From positions 930,001-994,000 of the forward strand of contig OZ251230.1 of assembly GCA_965240325.2 (NCBI GenBank): DNA of 64,000 nt, written 5' to 3'. The notes beneath the pieces are model-generated. The model was not told the DNA's origin, did not search any database, and was given only the letters and a program-made list of their open reading frames with translations. The position numbers and the translations under genes were made by a program. Numbering within the stretch: the stretch's first letter is position 1; every line of letters starts with the position of its first letter. Shown piece by piece: positions 33,121 to 45,800 of this stretch. Source of the DNA: Rebecca billardiae RCC1528. Its lineage: Eukaryota; Protista; Haptophyta.

Positions 33121-35807
33121 ATGACGGTGAACACGCAGCAGCTGCTGCTGTCGGTGGTGAACCGGCCGAAGCTCTCGTCCGTCGACTCCAAGTTCATGGC
33201 CGCGATCTGGGACTCGTTTGTCACGTGGATGGCCGAGCGGCTGCAGGACAAGGTGGCCGTGCGCTGCCTCGACCTCGGCGACTTTGTGCTGCGCAGGGAC
33301 AAGATCGGCCCGATGGAGTTCCTCAACCCGATGTTCATCCTGAACGAGGGCTTCGCCCACCGCCACGGCCTGCACGACCGCCGCCCCAAGCAGGCGGCGC
33401 TCGAGTCGGCCGCGCCCGGCCGGCCCGACGGCGTCGACCTCAACAAGGTGACGCAGATGGCGAGCGAGCGGCTCGGCGAGGTGGTGCTGCGCGAGACGGT
33501 GGAGAACGCGCTGAAGGACGTCGTCGAGCGCCTCGGCGAGCTCTGCGCAGACGACAAGGCCCACGGCACCGTCAGCGTCGACCTGCTCTTTGCCAAGCTC
33601 GTGTGTGAGAACAAGTCGGTCGAGCTGCACTTCCTCTCCTCGGACGAGCGCGGCCGCGCGCTGGAGAGGCGGCGCGCGCGCGCGGCGGCGCTCGCGGCGA
33701 AGGGCGCGGCGTTCGAGCTCCCGCCGCCCACGCCCGCCCCCTCGCAGGCGCCCTCGTCCATCCGGCACGCCGCGGCGAGCGGCGCGACGCCCGGCGGCGG
33801 CGCGGGCGCGCGCGGGCTCGGCAGCGTGTCTGAGCTGGGCGAGGAGCTCGGGATCGTGGGGGAGAAGAGCGCGACGACGGCGCCGGGCTCGGTGGTGAGC
33901 GGGCGCGGCGGCGGGCGCACGAAGAAGGGCTACGCCCAGTCCGACCCGCCGCTCCAGCGCCCGCGCCGCTCGATGTACCGCAAGGCGGAGCAGCGCGAGA
34001 CTCGGGACGTGCTGCTGTCGCACGCGAGCCAGATCGCGCAGAAGGCGACCAAGGCCAAGGCGGAGCACGAGGAGGAGGTCGCGACGTTCGCGCACGACAT
34101 GACGAGGCTGCGCGGTGCGCGCCGCCGCGCGCCGCCGCGCGCCGCCGCGCGCCGCCGCGCGCGCGCGGCGCGCGGCGCGCGGCGCGCGGCGCGCGCGGCG
34201 GCCCGACGCCGCGTCGCCTGCGGCGCGCGCGCGCACTCACCGCCACCTCCCCGCGCGCGCGCCCGTGCGCGCTTGGGTCTCGCTCGCAGGCGAGATGGTG
34301 CACGAGCTGGAGGAGAAGGTGGCCCGCCGCGCGCACATGCGCGACGTCGCGCTGATCCACCAGGTGCAGGCGCACGAGAAGGCGCTGCGCGACCGCGAGG
34401 CGAGGGGCCTCGGGGAGAAGGGCGACAACCTCTTCTTCCCCTTCCGCACGGAGGAGGAGGTGGCAGAGCAGGTGCGCACACGGCGGGGCGAAGGGCGGGC
34501 AAAGGAGCGGCGCGCGCGCGCGCGAGCTCAGCCACTCACCCGCCCCATCGGCCGCCGCGCGCCCGCCCGCGCGCCCGCCCGCGCGCGCCCTCTCCGCGCC
34601 CGCCCGCGCGCGCCGCGCCCGGCTGCCCTCGCGCGCGCCGCGCCCGGCTGCCCTCGGCCTGTGCGCGGCTGCGCAGACGCGCCGCTCGAACAAGCTGCTC
34701 AAGGCGAACCTCGACCAGCAGCTGCGCGAGCGCGCCGAGGCGAAAGCGTCGATGGCGCGCGCCAAGCTGCCCTCCATCCACGGCGGCAACCTCACCTCGC
34801 TGCCGATGGATCTGCCCGACCCGCCGCCGCCGCCCGACAAGGGCGCGCAGCCGACCGTCGCGCTGCAGGCGGCCATCGACGAGGCATATGATGTGCGCGC
34901 ACGCACGCGCACGGAGCGGCGCGCGCCCGGCGGCGCGAAGCGCAGCCTCTCTCGGCCGCGGGCTGCCGGCCGTGTGCGCCGCGCGCGCGCGCGCGCGCAA
35001 CACACGGCCCCGTGCGCGCTGCGTGCCACGACGCACGCACGCACACTCACGCAGCACACTCCCCGCGCCGCGCGCCGCATGCCGCCCCCGCCGTGCGCGG
35101 GCGCAGCGGTACTCGAGCTTCCTCAACACGCGCGCCACCGCCGAGCAGCGCGCGCGCGCGTACGCGGAGGAGCAGACGTACCTCTCGGAGCAGGCCGAGC
35201 TGCTCAAGCGCGAGGAGTCCAAGAGGAGGCTGGGCGAGATGAGCAACTACCTCAAGCAGCAGGTGTGCGCGGCGCGGCGCGGCGCGGCGCCGTCGGCCGC
35301 GCGGTCAGCCGCGCGGGCGAGGCAGCGCGCCGCGCGGGAGCGGCCGCTTGCGCGGGGCGAGTGGACGGCCCGGCGGCGGCGCGCGCGGCCCTCGCGCGTG
35401 ACGAGATCTCGTGCGTGACGCGACGCCTCCCGCCCGCGCACCAGATCGAGCACAAGTCTCTGAAGGAGCAGCAGACCAAACTCGAGCGGCGCGCGTACAG
35501 GGACGGCGAGCACTCTTCCATGCTGCCCAAGCCCGCCACGCGCAACTTCGAGAAGGAGGCGCACCGGCGCGACGAGCTGCGCCGCGTGCTGGACGCGCAG
35601 GTGGCGGAGAAGGAGCGGCGCAAGCGCGAGCAGGCGCAGGAGGACAAGGCCGCGCAGGCGGAGATGCTCGCCCTCGTCTCGCACGAGCTGCGCGAGTCGC
35701 GCGTGCGCGACCAGCTGCGCAAGCACGACGAGAAGACGGTGCTGCGCGAGGCGTGGGACCGGCAGAAGGCGCTCAAGGACCTCGAGAAGCAGGTGGCCAC
35801 GTCCTGA
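33121..35807 (+). CDS. CCDC81: CCDC81-like ciliary/centrosomal protein (two HU-like domains + coiled coil); introns 34115-34289, 34472-34676, 34893-35106, 35263-35444
   Basis: IWDSFVTWMAERLQDKVAVRCLDLGDF...NPMFILNEGFAHRHGL and VENALKDVVERLG...FAKLVCENKSVELHF. Four GT..CAG introns restore one frame. Confidence 0.82.
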
Positions 35808-37768
35808 GCCCCGCACGCGCGCCGGCGCGTGGGCGCCGGCGCGTGGGCGCCGGCGCGGCGCACGGCGCCGGCGCACGGCGCCACGCGCCGCGTGCGCTGC
35901 ACGCGCTCACCGCTGGGCGAGCAGCCGTGCAGTCGCGCCTCGGGTCCCGACGGCGCAGCCTTCTCGGTGCGCTCGACGGCTCGCCCAAGCGGCTCACGGC
36001 GCGTGCGGTATCACATATCATTGGAGTCCGAGCCTTCCGAGTTGGCGCTTCTTGCAGTCTTACTCTTGGCCGGGGACAGGCATCGGTCTGAGTGATCGGA
36101 GACGGAGGGCGGAAACGACTGACGGCCCGACGAGATGCCCGAGCGGCAGGCTGCGGGACTGCTGTCTGCTGTCTGGAGGCCGTCAGTCAGAGGACGAATT
36201 CACCGTGCTGACTCGGACAATGCAGAGCAGTGCTGACCATCACCACCGCGTCCGCCACGCGTCGAGTGACGCGGGACTGGAGTCGCGCCGTCTCGGCGTT
36301 CAGCGTCACTGCCGTTCGGACCGCTGACGCTGACGCTGGCATCACGCTGTCGGCTGTGCGGAGTGTGGCCCGGGGCCCGGGCCCGCCGGGAAGTGAGACG
36401 TCCCAGGCCGGCCGGGGCGTCAGCCTGAATAAGATAATTCATTGGTCAATCGTCACTCTCTCGGTGTCTACTCAGTCTAGTAGCCAGTAGGTTCGGCGTG
36501 CGGGCAGCCGTCAGCGAGTGCGGAGTGTAACGTGGCCCGAATGTCACAGCGGACTGCGGAGAGTCAGGACGCCGCACTGGCTGCGCGGCCTGCGGCTGCG
36601 GGGAGGGTCCCGACCGGTGACGGTCCCGTGTCACGGCCGTGTGGCCGCGTGGCGGTCGAAAAGTCGTACGTAACAAGTGAAAGCTGTCACTCGTCACGCT
36701 CACGCGCTCGTAGTCACAGTCCGTAGTCACAGTCCGTAGTCAGTACCGACCGCGCCGACGCCCAACTCTCGACGAACCGACTGCCTACAGCCTAGTGCCT
36801 ACGCCACCCCCCCCCCCGGCCCGGTGACCTGGCCGTGGCACTGGGGCCTGGATCGCGCGGTAGCTTACTGCCAGGACGGGCATCGGCACGCGGCCCGTCG
36901 CCCGCCGGCCGCTTCCCGTTCCCAAGCTGGCTGGTACTCTCCGCCATCGCACTCGCTTCACGTGAGCTGTGTGCCCGCCGAGGTACTGACAATGGCGGCG
37001 CAGTCGTAAAGACAGGTTCCCAAGACAAGTGCTTTCCAGTTTCCGGTACAGTTCACTATGATGGCGAAGGGCTCGTGGGCGAACGAGCACGAGCGCCCAC
37101 TGGCGGGTCGCCACGACGGCGCACGATGTTTGCTGAACTCACCTGGTCGTGGGACGTCGTCGGCGCACGCGCCAGGTCGCGCTTCTGGCCGCCTTCGCCT
37201 TGTTTCGTGAGTTCCGCGCACAAGGCCGAACGCCAGCGTTTCAAGCCGCAAGACGCGTGCGCGGACTCAGGAAGGGCGGATTCCGAGGCAAGGCGCGGTT
37301 GCGCTGGCGCGGGTAGGTCCCAGAGCTACCGTCCGAGCCGCTGCACACGCTTTTCCTCCGCGCGCGCGTCTCTGAGCTCGATTCCCATGCCTCAGCCAGT
37401 GCTAGGGGCTAATTGGACAGACAATGCCATTTCGGCCGCCATGCGCGGAGACGGGCCCGCAGGGAGGAAGCGCGCCACTCCAGGGTGTCCAGTCCAGTGT
37501 ACTGGAGTACCCTTGCTCCAGGGACCCCTGAGAGTCCGTCCCTGGCGCCCCTTCGACCCCAACGCTCCCCGAGAGGCCTCCGCGTGACGGTTGGGCTGGC
37601 CACTGTCCAGATCACGACCCGTATCCACCTGTACCTCTTCCGGATGAGTCCCGATTCTGAGATTTTGATTATTGGCCGACGATTTCAGCTCGTCGCCGTC
37701 GGATCGATCCCCGCTCGTTGGTTGGAGGCGAGGCCGCGGCGCCCCCGCCCAAGGCCGCCACGCCAGTG

Positions 37769-38578
37769 ATGTCGCTCGCGAAATCACTGCTGGTCGTCGC
37801 GCTCGTGGCGACGGCTGCGGCAATCGGCCTGCTTGTCGCCTCTCAGCGGTCTCCTCTCGCCCCGCCCGGGGCTGCTGACGGTAGCGCAGCGGCCGACGCC
37901 CCGACGGCCGGCCCGTCGCATACGGGCGGCCCCGTGCTACGCTTCATGCAGCTCTACCACGGTCCGTCCAACCAGTGCGCCAATGGCGAGCTCAACCCCG
38001 GGGACGCAGACGTCACGTACACAATCGAAGGTGCCGGCGCATCCTCGGGTTACACGATCACCTCGCGCATGGAGTGGGACGGCGTCGTCACCGGCGGCGA
38101 GTACGGGCACGACAAGCTCAACGTGACCGCGCAGCTCTCCAACTCGCTCGCGCCAGCGAACGCCTTCACGCAGGGGATTCCTACGGGGAGTTGGGCGCCA
38201 TTTAACGATCCGACGGGCAGCGCCTTTGTCGCCACGGCGGCATGGTCGATGAGCGGCACGCTCACCGTGTCGATTGGCGGCCAGAAGACAGTGTGCCCCG
38301 ACTTCCACGTGGCGCTGAACTGGGGCGGTCCGGGCGGGTCGAGCTCGCCGAAGTTCGACATCTGGTATTTTGGCGCGTCGTACTGCAGCGGGGGCCCAAT
38401 GTCCCTCGGGGGCGCAAATGCCCTCGATTGCAAATGCGGCGACTCGAAGAACAAGCCAGGCCATGGCGGCTACAACCTCAAGCTGCGAGGCCCGCCGTGG
38501 GGTGTCAACTGTCAGCCGCGGCTGCCCGCCTACTCTGCGCTCAGCGTGTGCATCGAGGACACCGACAACTTTTGCTGA
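37769..38578 (+). CDS. Orphan secreted/membrane-anchored Cys-containing protein (~269 aa)
   Basis: Hydrophobic leader SLLVVALVATAAAIGLLVA. Protein-like composition rich in G/W/F/C/N. Intronless. Confidence 0.75.
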   Translation: MSLAKSLLVVALVATAAAIGLLVASQRSPLAPPGAADGSAAADAPTAGPSHTGGPVLRFMQLYHGPSNQCANGELNPGDADVTYTIEGAGASSGYTITSRMEWDGVVTGGEYGHDKLNVTAQLSNSLAPANAFTQGIPTGSWAPFNDPTGSAFVATAAWSMSGTLTVSIGGQKTVCPDFHVALNWGGPGGSSSPKFDIWYFGASYCSGGPMSLGGANALDCKCGDSKNKPGHGGYNLKLRGPPWGVNCQPRLPAYSALSVCIEDTDNFC

Positions 38579-38845
38579 TGCGCACGCCCACTCATTCAAG
38601 CTCACTGTAGGGGCCCGCGCCGAGACCACCGGGGGCACTGAGACGGCCGGGCCTCACTCCCATCTGATCCGGCCCGCGCGCGGCCGCTGCGCGACCGCGC
38701 CGCGCCGCCGCGCCGCGCCCGCCCGCCCGCCCGCCCGCCCGCCCGCCCGGGCCACGGTCCCGTGGCCGTGGAGTCACTGACTAGTTATACCGATCTGCGC
38801 GGCTGCGTGATCGGACTGATCAATGCGGTATAGTTATTAGTTATT

Positions 38846-40385
38846 ATGACCGCGTTCCGCGGTCCTCTTCCGTCAGAACCAACCGGTAGTTGGGGGCCCG
38901 CGGTGCAGCTGTGCCACCCGCTCCGTCACCGCCACGGCACGGCGTCGCCCGTCGCATATGCCACCTCGCTGCATCAGTCGCGCGGACTCATCCACTCGCC
39001 GCTGGCCGCGCAGATCTGAGCCTGTGGGCTTTCGTGTCAGGCAGTCACTAGTCAGGCATCCGTCGTGCCCATCAGCGCCCGAGAGCTGGCTCTCAGTCAC
39101 TGAGTGAGTGAGAGCCGCCGCTCTAACAGCGCGCGGTCCGAGCTCGCGCGCCAAACGCCCGCCCATGCGCCAGTCAAGCCGTCGAGACTCGAGACAGCTC
39201 GGATGCGGCGGACGAGAGCAAAATCCATCACAGCTCGGCCATGGACGGCGCGAGCGAGGGCTTGGGCGAGCGAGATGGCCGTGGTGGCTGCTCCACATCC
39301 CGACAAAACGTCCATCAGGCGAAGGCTCCGCACTGCAGATCAGGCTCGGCGCCAGACGGCTGAGCCGGAACGTCCTCGCGAGGCCCCGCGCTTCAACACG
39401 CCGAGAATTCAGCTGCGCGGCGTGCGGCGTGGCGCGCGCGGGCGCGCGCATGGTCAGCTGGAAACACAGCGAGAAACTCGCCTCGCCCCCACGCGCCACG
39501 CGCATTCGCACCCATAATATCACACGCGAGGAGCATCGTCCGATGAGTGAAGCTACTCGGCAGCTTCCGATTGGCACCGGTGAGTCAGCTCACGGCTGCG
39601 CAGTCAATAAACGATGAACTCGAGGGACACCCCATGCTGCTCGGTCACCTGCGGAGTAGGCCTGGATTCACGCGTTAGGATGCCCCGCGGTCTCCTCCTC
39701 GTACCGTCGCCGACCGCTCTCCGCGCGCGGGCGTTGACACTCGATTCGTCGGTCCGCCGGTCGTGCTCGGTTGGAAACCGCACTGACTGGGCCGAAGAGG
39801 GATCGGCAGGGCGGGGCGCGCGGGGTGAGCGGGGCACGAAAGCGACGCCGATGACCGTCGGGACCCGCCGCAGCCGCGCGCACCTGCGCTGAGTCCGTCG
39901 GATTGAACGCCTCGTGCGCAGCGCCGCCGGCGCGAGGCACCCCTCGGCTTGCTGAGTGAGCCCTTCTCAGCGGGCTCAAACCTACCGACCGTCGGGATCC
40001 GGCACAGGCGACGGGCGGCCAGGGAGATAGTATGAAGATTGCGTTGTGGTGGCGCGATCAACATTTGATCATCAAACGTCGTCGCTCCTTGAATATCATT
40101 GGCCGAAAAATTCGCTTGTAACGGTTCGTTACGTTAGGGATCCTAAAGGGCGTGAAGTTTTTTGGACGGGCGTCACTCCACGCTTTACTATGAACTTGCG
40201 TGGGCGCGACCTTTTTCGACGCTAATGCACCTGTAAGGGAGTCTCAAAATTCGAAACTCGGTCTCCTCCAGCCATGAAAATCGTCCCCCGTCCCTTTTTT
40301 CTTGATCAAAGATCTTTTTGAAACGTTGTTCGGGCCCGCTGGTGCGGGCTCCACGCTGCGCGCTCCGCCCTGCACCGCGGGCCAT
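38846..40385 (-). mobile_element. Non-autonomous element family A, copy 2
   Basis: Same ends as 150-1709: hairpin 38848-38864, inverted repeat 38895-38908 / 40370-40383. Sits in an AT-rich context. Confidence 0.75.
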
Positions 40386-40845
40386 AATAATAATATATAT
40401 CGACGACTATCCGAGTCCCGAGAATCTCAGAATCTGGCGATGATAATCTGCGAAGCAGTCCCGCTGCAGTCCGCGCCGGCTCGCCGCCGGCCGTCCGCGG
40501 CGCCGATACTGATCGTCACTACAGATAGACTGATCACTCACTCAGGTGTTAGAAAAGCGGACGAAATTAAACTCGCGTCAACGCCCCGCCGTCAACCGCC
40601 GCCGGCGGGTCCGCGGTTTTATCGACCGATCGCCGCCGAGCTATACAGTACATACAGTGATGAGGCGGTTAGTCGGACAGTAGTCTGTCGGTGACACTGG
40701 GTGACAACTCATGCCAGCGGCGTCATTTAGCCGCGAATAGAGTCATTGCCGGCGACCTGTTGATCACTGCCACTTTCCAACTTTGCCAGTCACTCGGCCA
40801 CTCGGATTCGCAAGCGCGAAGTTGCACAATATTACTGCAGTTTGC

Positions 40846-41144
40846 TACAGTTTACTATGTTTTCACGTGCACACTTGGTTAAGGCGTGATTGACGCCATC
40901 CAACACTGCACAAAGACACCGCCACAAAACAGACCAGCGCAGGCAGGTGAGGGGCGCGTTGGCGTTGCCGCACCTCATCGAGGCGGCGGCCATTGCAGCA
41001 AGCGGCCGCCCCGCGCTCGGAGGCACGCGCTCGAGAGCGCGCTCTGACACCACACGGGGAGGGTGCTGCACCTGGATGTTGCATCCCAGCCACCTCGAGG
41101 GTGCAGCCGCGCCAAACACCTGCCTGGGCTGTGAGCGACGCCGC
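40846..41144 (-). repeat. Dispersed repeat family C, copy 2
   Basis: Reverse complement of 28379-28669 with few differences. Confidence 0.9.
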
Positions 41145-41250
41145 AGTAAGAAATCCTCCACCCACGCATCACGATCTCACGATCTGACGGCATACCCCCA
41201 TACAGTTTACTAAGAATAAGAGACGCACACTGGAGGCTTCGGCCGCCAGC

Positions 41251-41368
41251 CTGATCACCCGGAGCCCGTTATAAAGGGGAATTTTAAAAAACAGCAGCTC
41301 AGGCAGGCGCGAGTACCCGCCCCATCCTTTTTAAATTCCCCTTTATAATACGGGCTCCGGGTGATCGG
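41251..41368. mobile_element. ~118-bp foldback/MITE-like element with ~38-bp arms
   Basis: GATCACCCGGAGCCCGTTATAAAGGGGAATTTTAAAAA ... TTTTTAAATTCCCCTTTATAATACGGGCTCCGGGTGATC. Confidence 0.7.
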
Positions 41369-41461
41369 ACTATCCGTGACCGTAGTTACCGCTACACGTA
41401 CCATCTTCAATCTGGATCGCGGCCGCGCCCGTTGGACCAGTCCTCGCCCGCACGACCGGCC

Positions 41462-42760
41462 ATGCGTGCGGTGGATGGCTGCGCGTGCGCGGTGCGGGAG
41501 TGCGGCCGCGCAATCGACGTCGAGGACGAGGCGGTGAGGCTGGTTGTGGAGCTCGAGCGCGTGCGCAAGGCCCGCGCGGCTGACCTACTCGCGGCACGCA
41601 TCGACTGGGCGGCCGGCATGCAGCTCACGCTGCACGCGGCGTGCTGGCGCGCCGTCACGGCCTCGTGCAAGCGCCGCTCGCTCGAAGAGCGGCTGCTCGC
41701 CGCGGCGCGAGACACCCTCGAGCGTTTTGACGGCTCGACCCGCCTGAAGCAAGCCGCTGAGCGCTGCGCCGAGCTCGTGCACGCGCACCACGGCCGCGTC
41801 GTTGCCTTCACTGGCGCTGGCATCAGCGTCGCCGCCGGCATTCCCGACTACCGCGGCACGGCCGGCGTCGACACGATGGCCGAGATGGGGCAGGATGCGG
41901 GCGCCTCCGGAGAGACGGACTATACCGCGCTGCAGCCGACCGTCACCCACACCCTGCTGGCCCAGCTGGACGCGCGCGGCGCGCTGGCGTACACGGTCAC
42001 GCAGAACTGCGACGGATTGCACCGGAGCGCGGGCACCGCGCTGACGCGCCTGAGCGAGCTGCACGGCAGCGTGTTCGTCGAGTACTGCGAGCGCTGTGGC
42101 GCGGAGTACGAGCGTGGCTATGAGGTGGACGCGTTCTCGACCGACTGCTACAGCGAGCCGTGGTTCGTGCAGTGCGCGCAGTGCCGCTTCAACCACTTCA
42201 CCGGCCGCAGGTGCACGCGGAGGCGGTGCGGCGGTCGGCTGCGCGACACGATCGTCAACTTTGGCGACGACCTGCACGACCGGGCGTGCGGAGGGCTGCC
42301 GCGTGCTGAGCGCGCCTGCGCCGCTGCAGAAGTGTGCATTGCCATCGGCTCCTCGCTCTCGGTGAGCCCGGCCAACACGCTCCCCACGCTCGCGCGCACC
42401 GCGCTCGTCGTGGTCAACCTGCAGCCCACAGACTTGGACGCGCGCGCGCACGTGCGCGCTTACGCGGAGTCTGACGTCTTCATGCGCCTCTTGAGCGCGC
42501 AGCTCGCGGTGCTCAGCACGCGCGTGAGGGCAGGTTCCGCCGAGGTGACGCTAGCGCCGCTGCCCAAGAATGACGCCACACCTCCAGGAGCGCCTGCTGC
42601 TGTTGCGGACAAGCGCTCAGGGCCGTTGCCAGCTGCCGACGGCGACGACGACAATGTCAATGTCGTCGACGATGCGGATCCCGCCGGCGAAGCGGAAGCA
42701 GGCGACGATGGCCCCACCCGTTCAAAGCGGCAGCGCCGCCAGCGCGGTGGCCGCACGTGA
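41462..42760 (+). CDS. NAD-dependent deacylase, class IV sirtuin (SIRT6/7-like)
   Basis: FTGAGIS..GIPDYRG, TQNCDGLH, ELHG, CxxC...CGG.LRDTIVNFGD, GSSL, VNLQPT. Basic C-terminal NLS-like tail. Confidence 0.93.
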   Translation: MRAVDGCACAVRECGRAIDVEDEAVRLVVELERVRKARAADLLAARIDWAAGMQLTLHAACWRAVTASCKRRSLEERLLAAARDTLERFDGSTRLKQAAERCAELVHAHHGRVVAFTGAGISVAAGIPDYRGTAGVDTMAEMGQDAGASGETDYTALQPTVTHTLLAQLDARGALAYTVTQNCDGLHRSAGTALTRLSELHGSVFVEYCERCGAEYERGYEVDAFSTDCYSEPWFVQCAQCRFNHFTGRRCTRRRCGGRLRDTIVNFGDDLHDRACGGLPRAERACAAAEVCIAIGSSLSVSPANTLPTLARTALVVVNLQPTDLDARAHVRAYAESDVFMRLLSAQLAVLSTRVRAGSAEVTLAPLPKNDATPPGAPAAVADKRSGPLPAADGDDDNVNVVDDADPAGEAEAGDDGPTRSKRQRRQRGGRT

Positions 42761-42897
42761 CGTACGCCCGCCAAGCGCGCAGACGAGATCCGGCGACGAA
42801 ACTAGCTATAGCATATATATATATACAGTATTAATATATATAAGGCAGATATACAGTATTATATAAGCTGCTAGTTGTCATGGAGCGGTAGTACGCC

Positions 42898-45800
42898 CTA
42901 CAGCCGATGCCGCCGCCGCCGCCGATCCCAGTGCTCGCCGTTGCGGACGGCGTCACCAAACACGCAGTGGTCCCTCCTCCCGTGACCGATCTTGTTGCAG
43001 ATGCCAAACTTGGGCGCGATCGCTGACTCGCCCTCGTTGCCGAGCGGCGCGTCCTCGCAGCCGCACAGGTCCGGCGGGATGCGCGCATCCGCGCACGTGC
43101 GATTGGGCGGCACGACGTGCTTGGCGAGGTCGAAGGCCCAGGGGACTGGCGGCGCAGCGCGCGTGCGCGGCGCCAGCCAGCCGAGCAGCGTGCGGTGCAG
43201 GTCCAGCCCCGTGATCAGGCGTTGCTCGTTGGCGCGCAGCGCCGCGGCCTGGCGCCCGTCGAGCAGCTGCTCGGGCACGAGCAGCGTCGTCCACGGCGAG
43301 CGGTGCTCCATCTGCACCGACCAATCCGCGTCATGGACGCCCTTCTGCTGCAAGCCGTGGTCGCCGCGTAGCACGGCGATCGTGTCGCCCTGGCTGACAA
43401 GCCGCTCGAGCGCGGCGCGCAGCATGCCGTCCAGCTGCTCCGCACGGCGCGCCTGCCAGCGCGCGGGCGCAGCGCTGTGCGCGGCCATCAGGTTGCCGAA
43501 CGCAAAGCGCGGCACGTCCGGCGCGTACGCGTCCCACAGCTGCTCGAGCTGACGCAGCGGCCAGCGGCCCACGCTCTCGCCGTCCGTGCTCGGGAAGCAG
43601 CTCGGCGGCGTGTCGTAGAAGCGGACACTCACGCCGTTGATGACGTGCTCTGGACGATGGCTGAGCCGGCGCAGGTTGGCTGGCACAGGCACGGTCGGCG
43701 GCTGTGTCGCGAGCGTGCAGAAGAGCCTGTCGAACCGGTGGTCGAACGCAGCCGCCGCGTCGAAGAAGGTGTCCGACAGGACCCACGGCGAGCCCGCGGG
43801 GCAGATCTCCTCGATCACCATCGACACGTACCCGGCCGAGCGCGCGACGTCGTGCAGCCACACGGGCGCCGCGCGCTCGGCGGCGGCGGTGGCTGCGGCG
43901 CCGCCGCCGGCTCGCGCGCGGTTGCCGCGGTCGCACCGCTGCTCGACAGGGTCGGGCCAGCCCGCGACCTTCACCGTCTCGAAGCCGGGCGCCATCGTCG
44001 CGTGCGGCGAGGTGCCCATGCAGCCGGCGAGGAGCGCCATCTGGTTGGCAATCGACGCGGTGCCGAGCACGTTGGCCTTCTCAAAGTCGAACGCTCGCAC
44101 GCGCGCGCTCGGGCGCGCGCTCGGGCCGCTCGCAGCCGCCGACGGTGCCTCCGCCGAGGCGGCGCGCTCGGCCGCGTCCCCGCGCAGCGACTGCACCCAC
44201 GCGAACGCCAGGGGGAGGTGGCGCTGCGCGTACTTGCGCGAGACGGAGTCGAGCTCGAGGATGAGCAGGGAGGGCGGCGCGCGCTCCGTCCGCGCGCCGC
44301 GCCGCTGCTCGCGCGCGGCTGTGGAGCGGCGCACGAGCCGCTGCTGCCGCGCGATGCGCATGTGCACGTCCATCGACGAGGAGGGCTGGGGCGGAGGGCC
44401 GTCGTGGCGCGGCACGCTCGTCACGTTGCACGCCACGATGACAAAGTCCTCATCCGGCCGGAGCGGGCCGAGCTCCGGGCAGCCGCGCCAGCCGCGCGGC
44501 GCGGTGGCGCACTCGCACGCGCTCAGCGTCTGCGCGCTGCCAGCCCGGGGCTGCACGCGCGATCCGTCAGCGCGCGTGGCCAGCGCGGTGCGAGAGACGT
44601 TGGCGTCCTCGTGGCAGGCGTGGATCAAGGCCGGCCGCTTGCCCGTGATCTCGGCCTGCGCGTAGAAGCTCCACAGCGAGGGCAGCACGTGCGGCCGCGG
44701 GCACGCCCCCTCCGCAACGCCGGGCGGCGGGGGCGGCGCGCGGCCGCACCACTCGGGCGGAATGCCCATCTGCGCGCACGGCCGCTCGGCCGGTACGGGC
44801 CGCGGCCCGAGGAGCGACCTGCCCAGCGCGCGCGCCGCCGCCGGCCGCTCGTCCGCGAGGCCGAGCAGCTCGAGCAGCGTCGCGTGCACGTCGAAGTGCG
44901 TCAGCCGCGCGCTCGTCGCGCCCGGCGCGAGCGCGCGGCCGCGCGGCAGCTTGGCAAACAGGATGGGCTCGGCGCGCTCGCGCTCGCCGGGCGCGGTGAG
45001 GAAGTAGGGGCCGTAGTGCAGCCCGTGGTCGGAGAGCACGAGCGTCGCCGTGTCTGTTCGCGCCTGCCACCGCCGGAGGAAGCGGGCGAGCGGCTTGTCC
45101 ACCACGCCCGCCAGCGCCATCGAGTCCTCGTGCGAGTCCACCAGCGAGAGGAACGTGCCAAACGGGCGGCGCGCGCGCTCGTGCGCGGACGCGAACGCCG
45201 TGGCGTAGCCGAGGAGCGCGGCGGCGGCGAGCTGCGAGCCCGCGCAGTTGGGCCGCGCCCACGCCGCGCAGAAGAGCTGCCCGAACTCCTCGCCGTGGCT
45301 CACGTTCGGCCGGAGCGACTGCACCATGTTCGAGTTGGCCACGCAGCCGTCCTCCGACTTGAGCGTCGCGTACCCGCGCGCGCGCAGCCGGTCCCACAGC
45401 CACGGCGTGGCCGCATGCTCGCCCACGCCCTCGCGGCTGCGCAGCGGCATGCCCGCGTACAGCGCCGCCTGGTTCGGGCCCGAGTTCGGCCCGACCACCG
45501 TCAGGTTGCGCAGCTCGGCGTACCCGAGCTCGGCGAGCGCGGCCGCGGTGAGCGGCAGCGAGCGGCGGAAGTGCGCGCGCGAGATCGGGTCGAGCAGCAC
45601 GACGAGCAAGTTGGGCGGCCGCTCGGCGGCCGAGCTGCCGCGGCGGGCACCCGCGGGGCCGCTGCCTGGGGCGGGCCACGGCTGCCCACCCAGACGGCGC
45701 ACGCGCTGCGCGCACACGGGCTGCAGCGGCTCGTTGCTCAGCACGTGCCCCTCAGCCGGCGTGCGCCGTGCGCAGCGCACCCACACGCACGCCACCTCGG

